Shown in pieces: positions 44,838 to 57,745 of a stretch of 64,000 nucleotides of DNA. The notes below the pieces were generated by a model. The model searched no databases. It was not told where the DNA came from and worked only from the letters and a program-made list of their open reading frames with translations. The stretch's first letter is position 1; every line of letters begins with the position of its first letter. Location: NCBI RefSeq assembly GCF_009914755.1, contig NC_060929.1; one strand, 5' to 3'. Both the position numbers and the translations under genes were made by a program. Origin of the DNA: the human T2T-CHM13v2.0 reference genome, Homo sapiens.

Positions 44838-46522
44838 GCAATCATTCAGTTTTCTTGATAGACTTTAGCTCCTGCCCTCTAAACATCTGTCATATGAAGA
44901 TAAAAGGGTAAAATCAGACTGGCTTTTTTCCTAGACACCTTGGCCACAATGATTTATAACAATTCATATATTCTGGAGTTCAGTGTGAGAAAGTTGTTGA
45001 AATATGAGAAGAGTAATTCAGAAATACCTAAACACCTACTTTCTTATATCTTCAAAATTTGTTAAACCCAGAAATATCTCAGTAAATAGGCACTTAGGCT
45101 CAGTTTCTTTTTCTTTCAATTACTTGATTAATGTAATGTCTCATGGGCAGCTTCATTTTAAAGACCCTCTTGAGAGTCTTTGAACTTGGTTAATTTATTC
45201 TAAATCCTTCTTATATTTTGTGGCTGATGGACTTTGAGATTTTTTTCCCTTTTTAAAGTATACTACAAATACATTGACACTAAAACAAATTCTCAGACAT
45301 TTATCCAACTGTTAGTAATGTTTCTTTTTTTTTTTAACTGAACTAAAATGGTTAAAAATTCATTCACTTTCATGAAATAGAAACCATATCAGGAAATATG
45401 GAAGACTGGTGTTTTAGTAAATAGAGATATATTTATAATTTTTCCAGATAATTCCAATCATGGTTGTCTTAGAAACTATGTTTGTAAACTAGATAAACAA
45501 CTATAGTAGAAAATTAAAAAATACTGGGGGGAAGGTTCCAACATGGCCGAATAGGAGCAGCTCCAGTCTGCAGCTCCCAGCGTGAGCGACACAGAAGATG
45601 GGTGATTTCTGCATTTCCAACTGAGGTACCGGGTTCATCTCACTGGGGCTTGTCAGACAGTGGGTGCAGCCCATGGAGCAGGGCGAGGCATCGCCTCACC
45701 CGGGAAGCACAAGGGGTTGGGGAATTCCCTTTCCTAGCAAAGGGAAGCTGTGACAGATGGTACCTGGAAAAATGGGAGACTCCAACCCTAATACTGTGCT
45801 TTTCCAAGGGTCTTAGCAAACGGCACACCAGGAGATTATATCCTGTGCCTGGCTCGTAGAATCCCACCCCTACGGAGCCTCACTCACTGCTAGCACAGTA
45901 GTCTGAGATCAAACTGCAAGGCAGCAGTGAGGCTGGGGGAGGGGCATCCACCATTGCTGAGGCTTGCGTAGGTAAACAAAGTGGCCGGGAAGCTCGAACT
46001 GGGTGGAGCCCACTGCAGCTCAAGGAGGCCTGCCTGCCTCTGTAGACTCCACTTCTGGGGGAAGGGCATAGCTGAACAAAAGGTAGCAGAAACTTGTGCA
46101 GACTTAAACATGCCTGTCTGACAGCTTTGAAGAGAGTAGTGGTCCTCCCAGCACAGAGTTTGAGATCTGAGAACGGACAGACTGCCTCCTCAAGTGGGTC
46201 CCTGACCCCTGAGTAGCCTAACTGGGAGACACCTCCCAGTAGGGGCCAACTGACCCCTCATACAACTGGGTGCCCCTCTGACACGAAGCTTCCAGAGGAA
46301 GGATCAGGCAGCAACGTCTGCCGTTCTGCAATATTTGCTGTTCTGCAGCCTCCACTGCCAGGCCAACAGGGTCTGGAGTGGACCTCCAGAAAACTCCAAC
46401 AGACCTGCAGTTGAGGGTCCTGACTGTTAGAAGGAAAATGAACAAACAGAAAGGACATCCACACCAAAACCCCATCTGTATGTCACCATCATCAAAGACC
46501 AAAGGTAGATAAAACCACAAAG

Positions 46523-47547
46523 ATGCAGAGAAACAAGAGCAGAAAAGCTGAAAATTCTAAAAATCAGAACACCTCTTCTCCTCCAAAGGAATGCAGCTCC
46601 TTGCCAGCAACGGAACAAAGCTGGATGGAGAATGACTATGACGCGTTGAGAGAAGAAGGCTTCAGACGATCGGTAATAACAGACTTCTCTGAGCTAAAAG
46701 AGGATGTTCGAACCCATCACAAAGAAGCTAAAAACCTGGAAAAAAGATTAGACGAATGGCTAACTAGAATAAACAGTGTAGAGAAATCCTTAAATGACCT
46801 GATGGACCTGAAAACCATGGCACGAGAGCTACGTGATGCATGCACAAGCTTCAGTAGCCAATCTGATCAAGTGGAAGAAAGGGTATCAGTGATTGAAGAT
46901 CAAATGAATTAAATGAAGCAAGAAGAGAAGTTTAGAGTAAAAAGAGTAAAAAGAAACAAACAAAGCCTCCAAGAAATATGGAACTATGTGAAAATACCAA
47001 ATCTACGTCTGATTGGTGTACCTGAAAGTGACAGGGAGAATGGAACCAAGTTGGGAAACACTCTTCAGGATATTATCCAGGAGAACTTCCCCAACCTAGC
47101 AAGGCAGGCCAACATTCAAATTGAGGAAATACAAAGAACGCCACAAAGATACTCATCAAGAAGAGCAACTCCAAGACACATCATTGTCAGATTCACCAAA
47201 GTTGAAATGAAGGAAAAAATGTTAAGGGCAGCCAGAGAGAAAGGTCGGGTTACCCACAAAGGGAAGCCCATCAGACTAACAGCGGATCTCTCGGCAGAAA
47301 CTCTACAAGCCAGAAGAGAGTGGGGGACGGTATTCAACATTCTTAAAGAAAAGAATTTTCAACCCAGAATTTCATATCCAGCCAAACTAAGCTTCATAAG
47401 TGAAGGAGAAATAAAATCCATTACAGACAAGCAAATGTTGAGAGATTTTGTCACCACCAGGCCTGCCTTACAAGAGCCCCTGAAGGAAGCATTAAACATG
47501 GAAAGGAACAACGGTACCAGCCACTGCCAAAACATGCCAAATTGTAA
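46523..47547 (+). pseudogene. L1 ORF1p, disabled
   Basis: Coiled-coil, RRM and CTD sequence recognisable; premature TAA at 46910-46912 and a frameshift near the C-terminus. Confidence 0.9.
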
Positions 47548-47610
47548 AGACCATCAATGCTAGGAAGAAACTGCATCAACTAACGAGCAAAATAACCAGC
47601 TAACATCATA

Positions 47611-48126
47611 ATGACAGGATCAAATTCACACAGAACAATATTAACCTTAAATGTAAATGGGCTAAATGCTCCAATTAAAAGACACAGACTGGCAAATTGG
47701 ATAAAGAATCAAGACCCATTAGTGTGCTGTATTCAGGAGACCCATCTCACATGCAGAGACACACATAGGCTCAAAATAAAGGGATGGAGGCAGATCTACC
47801 AAGCAAATGGAAAACAAAAAAAAGCAGGGGTTGCAATCCTAGTCTCTGATAAAACAGACTTTGAACTAACAAAGATCAAAAGAGACAAAGAAGGCCATTA
47901 CTTAATGGTAAAGGGATCAATTCAACAAGAAGAGCTAACACTCCTATATATATATGCACCCAATACAGGAGCACCCAGATTCATAAAGCAAGTTCTTAGA
48001 GACCTACAAAGAGACTTAGACTCCCACACAATAATAATGGGAGACTTTAACACCCCACTGTCAACATTAGACAGATCAATGAGACAGAAAGTCAACAAGG
48101 ATATCCTTGTTGAACAATATCCTTGA
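47611..48126 (+). pseudogene. Truncated L1 ORF2p endonuclease (171 codons)
   Basis: MTGSNSH...IQETH...YAPN...GDFN motifs; ends at the deletion junction, before catalytic D205 and H230. Confidence 0.9.
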
Positions 48127-49079
48127 TGAACATGGAGGCCTGTCATGGGATCGGGGGAGGGGGGAGGGATAGCATTAGGAGATATACCTAATGTAAATGA
48201 CAACATAACGGGTGCAGCACACCAACATGGCACGTGTATACATATGTAACAAACCTGCACCTTGTGTCCATGTACCCTAGAACTTAAAGTATAACAAAAA
48301 AAAAAGAAAATTAAAAAATACTAATGATACATGTAGAATATAGAATTGCAATAGGTACTCACTAAATTTACAAAAGTGTTATTCTATTAAGTTAGTAAAA
48401 AATGGGTATTTGCACACACTAGGTACAAAGTTTAAACAAGGCTTTTAGAGGAGGTTTTTCTATTTTTATTGAAAAGCTGTATTAAAGGACTATTTTACTT
48501 ATTTCTAATTATCCCCTATTAGACCCTCAAAATACATTTAAAAGTCAAGTTATTTTATTTTTATTTGTGAATTGATTGTGGGTTTATTACAGTATACATT
48601 TTGGAATAATAATGGATTACAATAGATAATATTGAATTAAAACAAGAACTTAAGAATTTTAAATAAACATGTCAGTAGATGTCAAATTTAAAGTCTTGTA
48701 TTTAAAAAATTCTTAACTGGGTCAATGATAGATTCAGTAAAAGGTGTTTGATTGACTTTTTCACCAAATTACCATTTCCCATTATTTACTAATTAAATTC
48801 TCAACCTTTATTGAATAAATACTGTATTCTTAGTTTAGAGAAAAAATAATCAAGACATTATCCTTACTTTCAAAAAATGTTTTAAAAGCTACATATTTTA
48901 ATAAACAATTGAGTGGATTCTACAAAGAGAAAATGTTTTCTGGTTACTGTTATTAATAAGCCAATCATAATTTATAATGAAATAATGGAATAAAATTTAA
49001 AATTACAATAAAATTAACAAAATAATACCATGAAAACAATAACAATAGCCAAGTAAATTAGTATAGTAATAGCTTTAGG

Positions 49080-49461
49080 GATATATTTGGCACCTCAGTT
49101 GGGATGAGTGGACTAGTTGGGACTGACAGGGCATCTCTCTTTCTCTCTACCCCTACATGGCCTCTCTACATGGCTATCTTAACTTTCTTCCAGCCAGTTT
49201 GAGAATATGGCTTTTTCAGGATAGTTGGACTTCTTAGCTGTGGTCTTCATTCTCTAGAGCACATAGTTCAAGAGACCAACATGGCAGCTGAAGGGCTTCT
49301 TATAACCTGTCCTTGGAAATCATGCATTCTCTTGGTCAAAGTGAGTCTCAGGACCAGCCAAGATTCAAAGGCAGGAAACCACACAAGTGCATGTGTATCT
49401 GGTTTGTTGGTAGAAGTGGGGGAGAGAATGAGGGGAGGCATCTTAAGAAATTAGCTATCAC
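49080..49461 (-). mobile_element. Old MLT1 LTR fragment
   Basis: gatagttggacttctta, ccagccaagattcaaagg and the terminal tagctatcaca. Confidence 0.55.
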
Positions 49462-49679
49462 AGTGTATAATATTCCTTCATAAGTACATAATCATTTCAC
49501 TGGATATTTCGTAAACATCAGTGTACTTCTAAAATTAAAATTCACATTAATTTTATGAGTAAAAATATTTTATAGCCAAAATATGCTTTCATCTGTATAT
49601 TTGTAAGAGTTTTAGAGTCTAGATCGTATTTTGTTACAATGAGAAAAATGTCTTTTCAAAATAATTGCCTTAATGTTTT

Positions 49680-50320
49680 CATTTGAGTTCATGTTGAGTA
49701 TCCACTGGGTGCAGGATATTGTCCAAGTCATTAGAGGAAAGATTCAGGGAATTATAAGAGCTTTTGACCTGGAACTCAATAAAATGTTAGTGTTTTAGAC
49801 AGGGTTTATGCATCAAAAGTCAAATGGCAATTCACAGCAATGACATAAATTTTCAAGGAAAGGAGAAATAAACATGGTTTGAAATAATTTAGGAAGGCTT
49901 TGTAATAGAATTGAAACTAAGCTAAAGACTGAAGGATGGGTTATATTTTGAGTGATGCAACTTGAGTATATTGAGTAGAAGTACTCAATATATTGAAAAG
50001 TGCTATGTAATAATGGAAATTATTATTAATTGGGCTTAGGGGAATTATTATTAATTGGGCTTAGGGGATCTGTCTGAATGGAACAGATCCACATAAGCTA
50101 TGGCTAGATGGTGGAGAGCTTTTGTAGGTGGCATCTGTGGCTTTTCCCTGTGTAGCACTCATTTTCTACTTTTCTGACTGTGTATTTCTATATTGTCACT
50201 TATTAATTCAGCAAATATTACTGACTTCATATAATACTCTAGATACTGTTCTATGTGCTGGTGATATAGTGGTGAACCTGACTGTCAAAGCCCTGCTCTC
50301 AGAATCTTCCCCTATCCACC
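49680..50320 (-). mobile_element. L2 fragments
   Basis: attcagcaaatattactga ... tgttctatgtgctggtgatatagtggtga. Confidence 0.5.
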
Positions 50321-50419
50321 CCAACTGGACACTAGTTTGATAGGACAGTTAATCAAAATACTTTGCCTTCCTCTGGCCCAGGGTGAGCACATGACTAACT
50401 TTAGAGTGGTACAGGGCTG

Positions 50420-50690
50420 ATATCCTTAAAAATTTGCTGAGAGGGTAGATCTTATGTTAAGGATGATGATAATGATATCATCATTATAAATAAAGAGGGC
50501 AGGAAGAAACTTTTGCAGGTGATAGATAGGTTTGTGACATAGATTGTGGTGATGGTTTTATGGGTGTATACTTATTTCCAAACTTATCAAGTTGTAAAAT
50601 ATGTACAGCTTTTTGTATACCAATTATACCTTAAGAAAGTGATTTAGAAACAAAAATAAGGAAGCAAAGAGATAAATAAATAAAAAGAAA
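50420..50690 (+). mobile_element. L1MB/L1MA10-like 3' end
   Basis: atttgctgagagggtagatctta ... gattgtggtgatggtttt, followed by an A-rich tail. Confidence 0.65.
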
Positions 50691-51165
50691 GAAAATGGTT
50701 GGTGTTGACTCATTTCAGTGGTGTTGCCCTGAAGAGTATATTAGCTTTTTCCACTCACTTTCCCAGAGCTAACATGGTTCCTTCTTCGGGCATACTTTTT
50801 TAGTTTTTCTTTAAATTTTGGGATCTACCACTCATCTTTTAAATAAACTTTTTTTTTTCTGCTTAAGTTAGCCCCAGAATCAGTTTCTATTGCTTATAGA
50901 CAATAAGCCTTAATATGGTATTATATGACTATTTCTTCTTCTGGGAGATATGAACTATATTAGGTAATCAGTAAGACTCTTCACAGATTTTGGATACAGA
51001 GAGAGTTATTTTAAAGAAGACTTGGATATGTATTGATAGGTTAGAGAAGGGAAAAATTGCAATTAGACTGACAAATTAGAAAATTGTTGAAATACCCAGG
51101 TATAAATAGTAATAAATAATTGAATTAAGGTGATTGCAGGGGAAGAAAGAAGTGATGAGGAAAAG

Positions 51166-51274
51166 CAGAGCTGGGACTAGGGTGAGGCAAGAGAGACACA
51201 CTCAACTAGAGTGCGTTCCTCCTTACATATTGTGCTGTAGGTGAGTCTCTTACCTCATCCTAGTCCCAGCCCTG
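51166..51274. mobile_element. MER96-like hAT MITE
   Basis: Long TIRs cagagctgggactagggtgagg / cctcatcctagtcccagccctg. Confidence 0.75.
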
Positions 51275-51524
51275 GAGATGACATTTAAAGAAAAAATTGA
51301 AAGGCTTCGTGTGACTGATTGGATATAGAAAGTAATCGTAATTATAATGAGACCTAACACAATGTGTAAGTACTATTCTCAGCACCTCTGCCTTCAACTC
51401 AAAATACCCATGTGGGGTAAGCTTTCTTCTCTCCATTGTCCTGTTGAGTACCCTAAGGGAAGCACAGTTAGAGGGCTAGGTCACTTAGGTAGTAAGGGAA
51501 AGAGCTGGAGTACAAGAAATTAGA

Positions 51525-53540
51525 TAGACGGATTTAATGTAATTCCTATCAAAGTCTAATAAAATTCATTGTAGATGTAAACAATATTGTCCTAAAATTT
51601 ATATGAAAAGGCAAAGGAACCAGAATATTTAGAACCTTTTTTAAAGAAAGAATAAAATGGGAGGAATTAGTTTACCTGATTCCAAGACTTACTATATAGC
51701 TACAGTAATAAAGATTGTGTGGTATTGGCTGGGCCTGGTGGCTCACGCCTGTAATCCCAGCACTTTGGGAGACTGAGGTGTGCAGATCACCTTAGGTCGG
51801 GAGTTCGAGACACACATGGAGAAACCCCGTCTCTACTAAAAATACAAAATTAGCTGGGCATGGTGGTGCATGCCTGAAATCCCAGCTACTCAGGAGGCTA
51901 AGGTAGGAGAATCACTTGAACCCAGGAGGCGGAGGTTGTGGTGAGCCGATATTGCACCATTGCACTCTAGCCTGGACAACAAGAGTGAAACTCTGTCTCA
52001 AAAAAAAAAAAAGATTGCATGGTATTAGTGGAGGGATAGACACATACAGCAATGGGACAGAATAGAGAACCCAGAAGTAAAGCCACATAAATGTGTCCAA
52101 ATGATTTTTAACAAAAGTGCAAAAACAATTTAATTGTGAAAAGAGAGCCATTTCAATAAATGGTGCTGAGCAATTGGACATCCCTAGGCAAACAAACACA
52201 AACAAAGAAACAAACATACCCTGACCTCAGTCTCACACATTTTACAAAAATTATCTCAAAGTGGATTGTGGATTTAAAGGTAAAATATAAAACTGTAAAA
52301 CTTTTAGGAAGAGAAAAAAATAGAGAACCTTGGGATCTAGGATTAGCCAAAGAATTTTTGGATTTGAGACCAACAGCATGATCCATAAAAAGAAAAACTG
52401 ATAAATTGAAATCCCTCAAACTTAAAAACTTGTGCTCTAAGATCCTATTAAAAGGATGAAAAGAAAAGCCACAGAATAGGAGAACATAGTTACAAACCAC
52501 ATATCCAAAAAAAGGACTAGTACTGAGAGTATATAAAGAACTCCCAGAACTTAACATTATAAAAACAGTCCAATAGAAAAATGAGCAAAAGACTCAAAGA
52601 GTCACTGAAGGGAATATATAGATGACAAGCACATGAAAAGATGTTTAACATTATTAGCTTTTAGAGAAATGCAAATTAAAACAACAATGAGATATCACTA
52701 CACACCTATCCAAATGCCTTAAAAAAAAAAAACCCAAAACCAAACCAAACAAAAACAGTTATAACACCAGATGCTGGCAAGGATGCAGAGAAACTGAATC
52801 ACTCAAACATTGCTTTTGGGAATGTAAAATGATATAGCCACTCTGGAAAACAATTTGGCTGTTTTTTAGAAAATGAAACATACAATTACCATATGACCCA
52901 GCAATTATGCTTCTGGGCATCTATCCCCGAGAAATTAAAACTTATGTTCACTCAAAAACCTGTACACAAATTTTTATAGTAGTTTTATTTGTAATAGCCC
53001 AAACTTAGAAACAACCCACATGTCCTTTAATGGGTGAATGGTTAAACAAACTGTGGCACATCTATTCCATTATTCTATTCAGCAATGAAAAAGAACAAAT
53101 TATTCATACTGCAATTTGAATCAATGGCCAGAGAATGATGCTGAATGAATAGAGTCAGTCTTACAAGGTCATGTAGTGAATGATTCCATTTATATAACAT
53201 TTTTAACATTATAAAACAATAAATTGGAGAACAGATTCCTGGTTGTCTAAATAAGGGGTGGGGATAGGAGGGTGGTGGGTGTGGCTGTAAATGGGCAACA
53301 AGTGGGATCCTTGTGATGGTGGAAATGCTCTGTATCTTCACTGTATCAGTGTATCAGTGCACTGCACTGTATCAGTGCAAATCATCCTTGTAATTTTGCA
53401 GTATAATTTTGCGAGATGTTGCCATTGGGAGAAATTGAGTAAAGGACATACCATATCTTTATGTATTATTTCTTACAACACATGTATATCTTACCTGTGT
53501 AAGTATAATCTCAAGATTAAAAGTTTAATTAGAAAATGAT
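51525..53540 (+). mobile_element. L1MC1-like ORF2 end and 3'UTR, interrupted by AluSp
   Basis: Degenerate ORF2 (ttacctgattccaagacttactat) and a 3'UTR with ggatccttgtgatggtggaaatgctctgtatctt. Confidence 0.8.
51727..52009 (+). mobile_element. AluSp
   Basis: Sp diagnostics acatggagaaacccc and aacaagagtgaaactc; TSD aaagattg(tg/ca)tggtatt at 51710-51726 and 52010-52026. Confidence 0.9.
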
Positions 53541-53899
53541 TTTAAAGCTGATAACTAGGAGGATGAAGGTGCTTTTTAATATAATTAGGAAAATTTCCCT
53601 CCTTCAATGCAGGTGATTTTAATAATCCATTGAAAAAATCCAATGAAATAATTAATTCACACAACCATGATGGTGTTTGATAAGCTTCTACACATCTTAA
53701 AGATATTTGTAATTTTACAGAGAGCTTACTGACAGAAATGAATTTCTACTTGATGTGATTTCAGGCAACATGACCAAATTGGTAGAACAGTATAAGAGAT
53801 ATTTTGGGGAAGGAATAATGCTTAGGCAGCCTCTCTTTTCTTGGGACCCCATCTAGGAGTCAGCTCTGTTCTGCTATTTCTGCCTTTAAAAAATTTGCT

Positions 53900-54025
53900 T
53901 TCTTTTTTCAAGAGATGGTATCTTTCTGTGTTGTCCAGGCTGGACTCCAATTCCTGGCTTCAAGCAATCCTCCTGCCTCAGCCTCCTTAATAGCTGGGAT
54001 TACAGGCATGAGCCACCATGCCTGA
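53900..54025 (-). mobile_element. FLAM_C Alu monomer
   Basis: A single antisense left arm, with no right arm. Confidence 0.8.
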
Positions 54026-55062
54026 CTTATTTCTGCCTTTTTTTTAGCTTTTTTCCTCTCCAATTCAGTGGCTTCATGATACTCATAGGGGAAATTTTGA
54101 CAATGGAGTAGAGCTAAAAGGAGGCAATTCAACTGTGATCATTTGAGTATATACTTTGCTTGAAAGTTAGGAACTGGGGTTCTCTTTTAACAGAGATCTT
54201 CTTAAACACTGTTAATTTGCTTTTTTGGTAGCGAGATCAGATTTAATCTTACTATTATAGTGATTTCCATAAAATATCCTCTTGCAGATTTCACTGTAAA
54301 GGACCAAAACTCCCAGGAGACCTGTATGTTGACAAAGTCATACCTGGAATTTAATGAGATCTATTTTTCCCCATATTTTTACAATGTGGAAAAAATTGAC
54401 TTGAATCTTATCTCATATTTGTAGATTGCAGTGAAGACTTCTCAAGAAGCATTTTCAGTTGGATAAATGCTGACTTAAGGTCGTTTGGTTAATACATAGT
54501 CAGGGAGCTGTAGAAACCATATTACAAGACCAGGGTTAATTACTACCAGTAAAATCATATTACAGTGAACACAATACTGAAAAAGTTTTCTGAATAATAA
54601 GACTATTTCCACATCAAAATGTTGGAAAACACATGTTTCTGATTTTCTTCTTGAAACATAGAAGAATATTTATAATAAAGTATGCATATACTTCAAATGG
54701 ATATATGGAGTTTTTTATATGAACACTACCAATTTAGTTTAATAGCTTTTGTATTTGAAGGTGGGTTTGAACATTTTTCTTTTGGATTGTCCCATTAAAG
54801 TATTCTCAAAATTTAGTATATGGTAAAAGTACTACTCAAATCAAGGGGAAAGAATGGTTATTTATTAAATGTTATTAGGATAACTATTTGGATAAACAAG
54901 ATTGAATACTACATTCATATCATATGCCAATATAAATTAAACTGCTAAATATACAGAATTAAAATATAAAAGCACCAGAGGAAAATATAGGTTTACATTT
55001 TATAGTATGAAATGACAAAGGCTTTTAAAACATGATATTGATAACCAAAAATAGATATTTCT

Positions 55063-55525
55063 GGTATCTACTGGTATATAACAAACCATCTCAAAGCTTA
55101 ATGGCTTGCAGCAACGTGGTTTACTATTTCTCAAGAGTCTGTAGACTGGTTAAGCAGTTCTGTAGGTCTCACCTGGAGTCAATTCTGAGGCTGCTTTCAC
55201 CTGGTGAGTGGCCAGAGGTAAAGGGACTAAGAGGCTGCTACCTCTCTCTCCCTGCAGTGTCTTACCATTCAACTGGGTAGCCCAAGCTTCTTTACTCAGT
55301 GACTGGGTCCCATGAGACTGAAGGCAGAAACTGTGAGACTCCTGGAAGCTTATGCTCCAGAGCTCATGCTCACATCTGTCACATCTTATTGGTCAAAAGA
55401 AGCTGCAAGCTCAGCCAGATATTAGGGTGTGAATAAATAGACCCTACCTCTTGAGCAGCAATATCACATTGCAAAGGGAATACAAACATGGTGAGGCATA
55501 ATTTACTGGAAGCCATTATCATCAT
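55063..55525 (-). mobile_element. Old MLT1 LTR
   Basis: tataacaaaccatctcaaagcttaatggctt ... ttattggtcaaaagaag ... cacattgcaaaggg. Confidence 0.65.
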
Positions 55526-55689
55526 TACCTCCTTTAATATCTCTTGATATCCAAATGTTCTACCTGAAAACAAGAATGAGTAGGTTTAGACAAATATTTT
55601 AGATAAATTCTTTACTATCTGACCTTTTGCTACTTGCTACCAGAAACTCAAGATCCCGATAAATTAGGATTATGTTGTAAGCTTGCTAT

Positions 55690-57010
55690 GTAAATTTGGC
55701 GACTATACTTGCACTATCCTAACTCAGAAATACAATAGCTTTATCACTGACTTTAAGCAATTTGATTATGCTTGGTGTAGTTTTCTTCATATTTCTTGTT
55801 CTTGAGGTTCATTGAACTTGTTACATATGTGGTTTTATAATTTTAAACATATTTATCTCTCTCCCCATTTCTCTTCTTTGGGGACTCCAATTACACATAT
55901 ATTAGGCCACTGGAGATTGCCACATAGCTCACTGATGCTCTGTTCATTTCTTTAGTATTTTTTCTCTAACATTTCATTTTGGATCGTTTCTATTGTTATG
56001 TCTTCAAGTTCACTAAGCTTTTCTTCTGCAGTGTCTAATTTTTCTTTATTCCCTTCTCAGTCATTATAGTTTTCATGTCTAGAAGTTTCATTTGGCTCTT
56101 TTGAAAAATATCTTCAGTGTCTCTGCTTAACATGTTCAAACCTTCCTCTAGCTCAGGGGATGACAAATGGCAGCCCATGAGTCAAATCTGGTCTACCACC
56201 TGTTTTTGTAAATAGTTTTATTGGAACACAACTATGCCCATTTGTTTATGTATTTCTGAGTCAGTTTCAATTGATTAATTTTTATCTTCATTATAGCTCA
56301 TATTCTTTTGCTTCTTTGCATGTATGGTAATTTTTTATCAGATGCCAGACATGGTGTATTTTTTCTTGTTGGATGTTGGATATTTTTGTCTTCCTATAAA
56401 CATTTTTTGAACTTTGTTTTGGGGTACAGTTATGTTATTTGGAAATAGTTTGATCCTTTCAAGTTGTGCTGTTAAGTTTTTGTTAGGAGGGACCCAGCAG
56501 CCATTAGTCTAGGGGTTATTTTGCCCCATTACAGAGGCAAAGCTCTTCTGAGGACTTTGCTCAGTGCCCCATGACTTACGACTGGTGAGAACCCAAATGA
56601 TTCCCAGCCTTGGTAAGTGTCAGATATTGTTTCCTCTAATTGTTTTGTATGATTCTTTTCTTGACCTGGGTTCTTTCCTTATACACATGAGCCGATCTGT
56701 ACTTAGCTGAAGATTTGAGGGACTTATTTTTCTATGCTGCTCTCTCCAGTTTCAGCACCTCATCGCGGGAAGCCTTATGGACTTTGCCCCGGTTATACCT
56801 TCTTGCACTGTGGCCTGAAAACTGTCCAGGCAATAATCTGGATAATTTGGGCTTGCCTTGCTTTTTTCTCATATCTCAGGAATCACTGCCCATTTGTTGC
56901 TTGATGTTTTGAAAAATTATTCTTTCATATATTTTGTACAGTTTTTTAGTTGTTTCAGGTAGCAAGATAAATCTAGTTCTTGTTACTCCTTGGCTCAAAG
57001 TAGAAATCTT
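55690..57010 (-). mobile_element. Old L1M (L1MC/MD-type) 5' and ORF1 relic
   Basis: gggactccaattacacatatattaggc and ttcaagttcactaa motifs; same family as 4410-7880. Confidence 0.6.
56153..56252 (+). mobile_element. MER58-like fragment
   Basis: caggggatgacaaa ... cctgtttttgtaaatagttttattggaacaca. Confidence 0.7.
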
Positions 57011-57069
57011 CAGAAGCCTAATTACTTCAGATGGCAAGTGATATTTGCATTTTACCATATTACTAATAA

Positions 57070-57745
57070 ATAACAAATAATAATGATATATATAGGTGAC
57101 AAAACGGGTACTAATACATTCTGTTGAGAATAAAAATTGTTACAATCTTTCTGGAATGCTATCTGGTAATATGTATCACAATTTAAAATAGTTATTTGAT
57201 GTTGCAGTTCCAAATCTAGAAATACATCCTAAGCAAATACGCTCATAAGTTTTAAAAAGTATTTTTTAAATAAAAATATTTAAAAAGTGTTTAAAAAGTA
57301 GAATTATTGATAAAACCAGGAAATAACTTGAATGTCAATTATTAGTTAATTTTTGCATATGCAAATATTTATTACTTAAAAATCCTAAAATAATTACCTT
57401 TGCATGTTTTTGTAATTATTTCCTTAGTTGTTAAATATATGCATGCATATACATTGAGTATACCACTATTTTACTATTACAAATATTGAAGTGGATGTTT
57501 ATTAACATGAAAAGATGTCATCAACATATTAAGTGAAACAGCAAGTTACGAACTAGTATTATAGATGATACAGTGGAAAATATACAAACACACGAACACA
57601 TGCACACATACATATACACATATAATATTCCTCTGGGAAGTAGAATTAGAGGTGATTTTCATTTTCTAGTTTCTGTTCTTATATATAGAATATTAATAGT
57701 GAGCATGTATAGCTTTTATAGTCAGCTAAAAATTAAATAAATAAA
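57070..57745 (+). mobile_element. L1ME 3' fragments
   Basis: tacaatctttctgga and aacatattaagtgaaacagcaagtta motifs. Confidence 0.45.

Larger units (their letters stand above)
45526..48304 (+). mobile_element. L1PA5-like with complete 5'UTR, ORF1 region, ORF2 start and 3' terminus but a large internal deletion
   Basis: G-run and YY1 motif at the start, poly(A) at the end; perfect 18-bp TSD AGAAAATTAAAAAATACT at 45508-45525 and 48305-48322. Confidence 0.94.

Noticed and set aside
45880-45954. L1 ORF0
   Set aside because: Premature TGA after 24 codons, before the splice donors.
47611-48126. Stand-alone endonuclease gene
   Set aside because: Truncated before D205 and H230, with a dead ORF1 upstream; not a plausible active nuclease.
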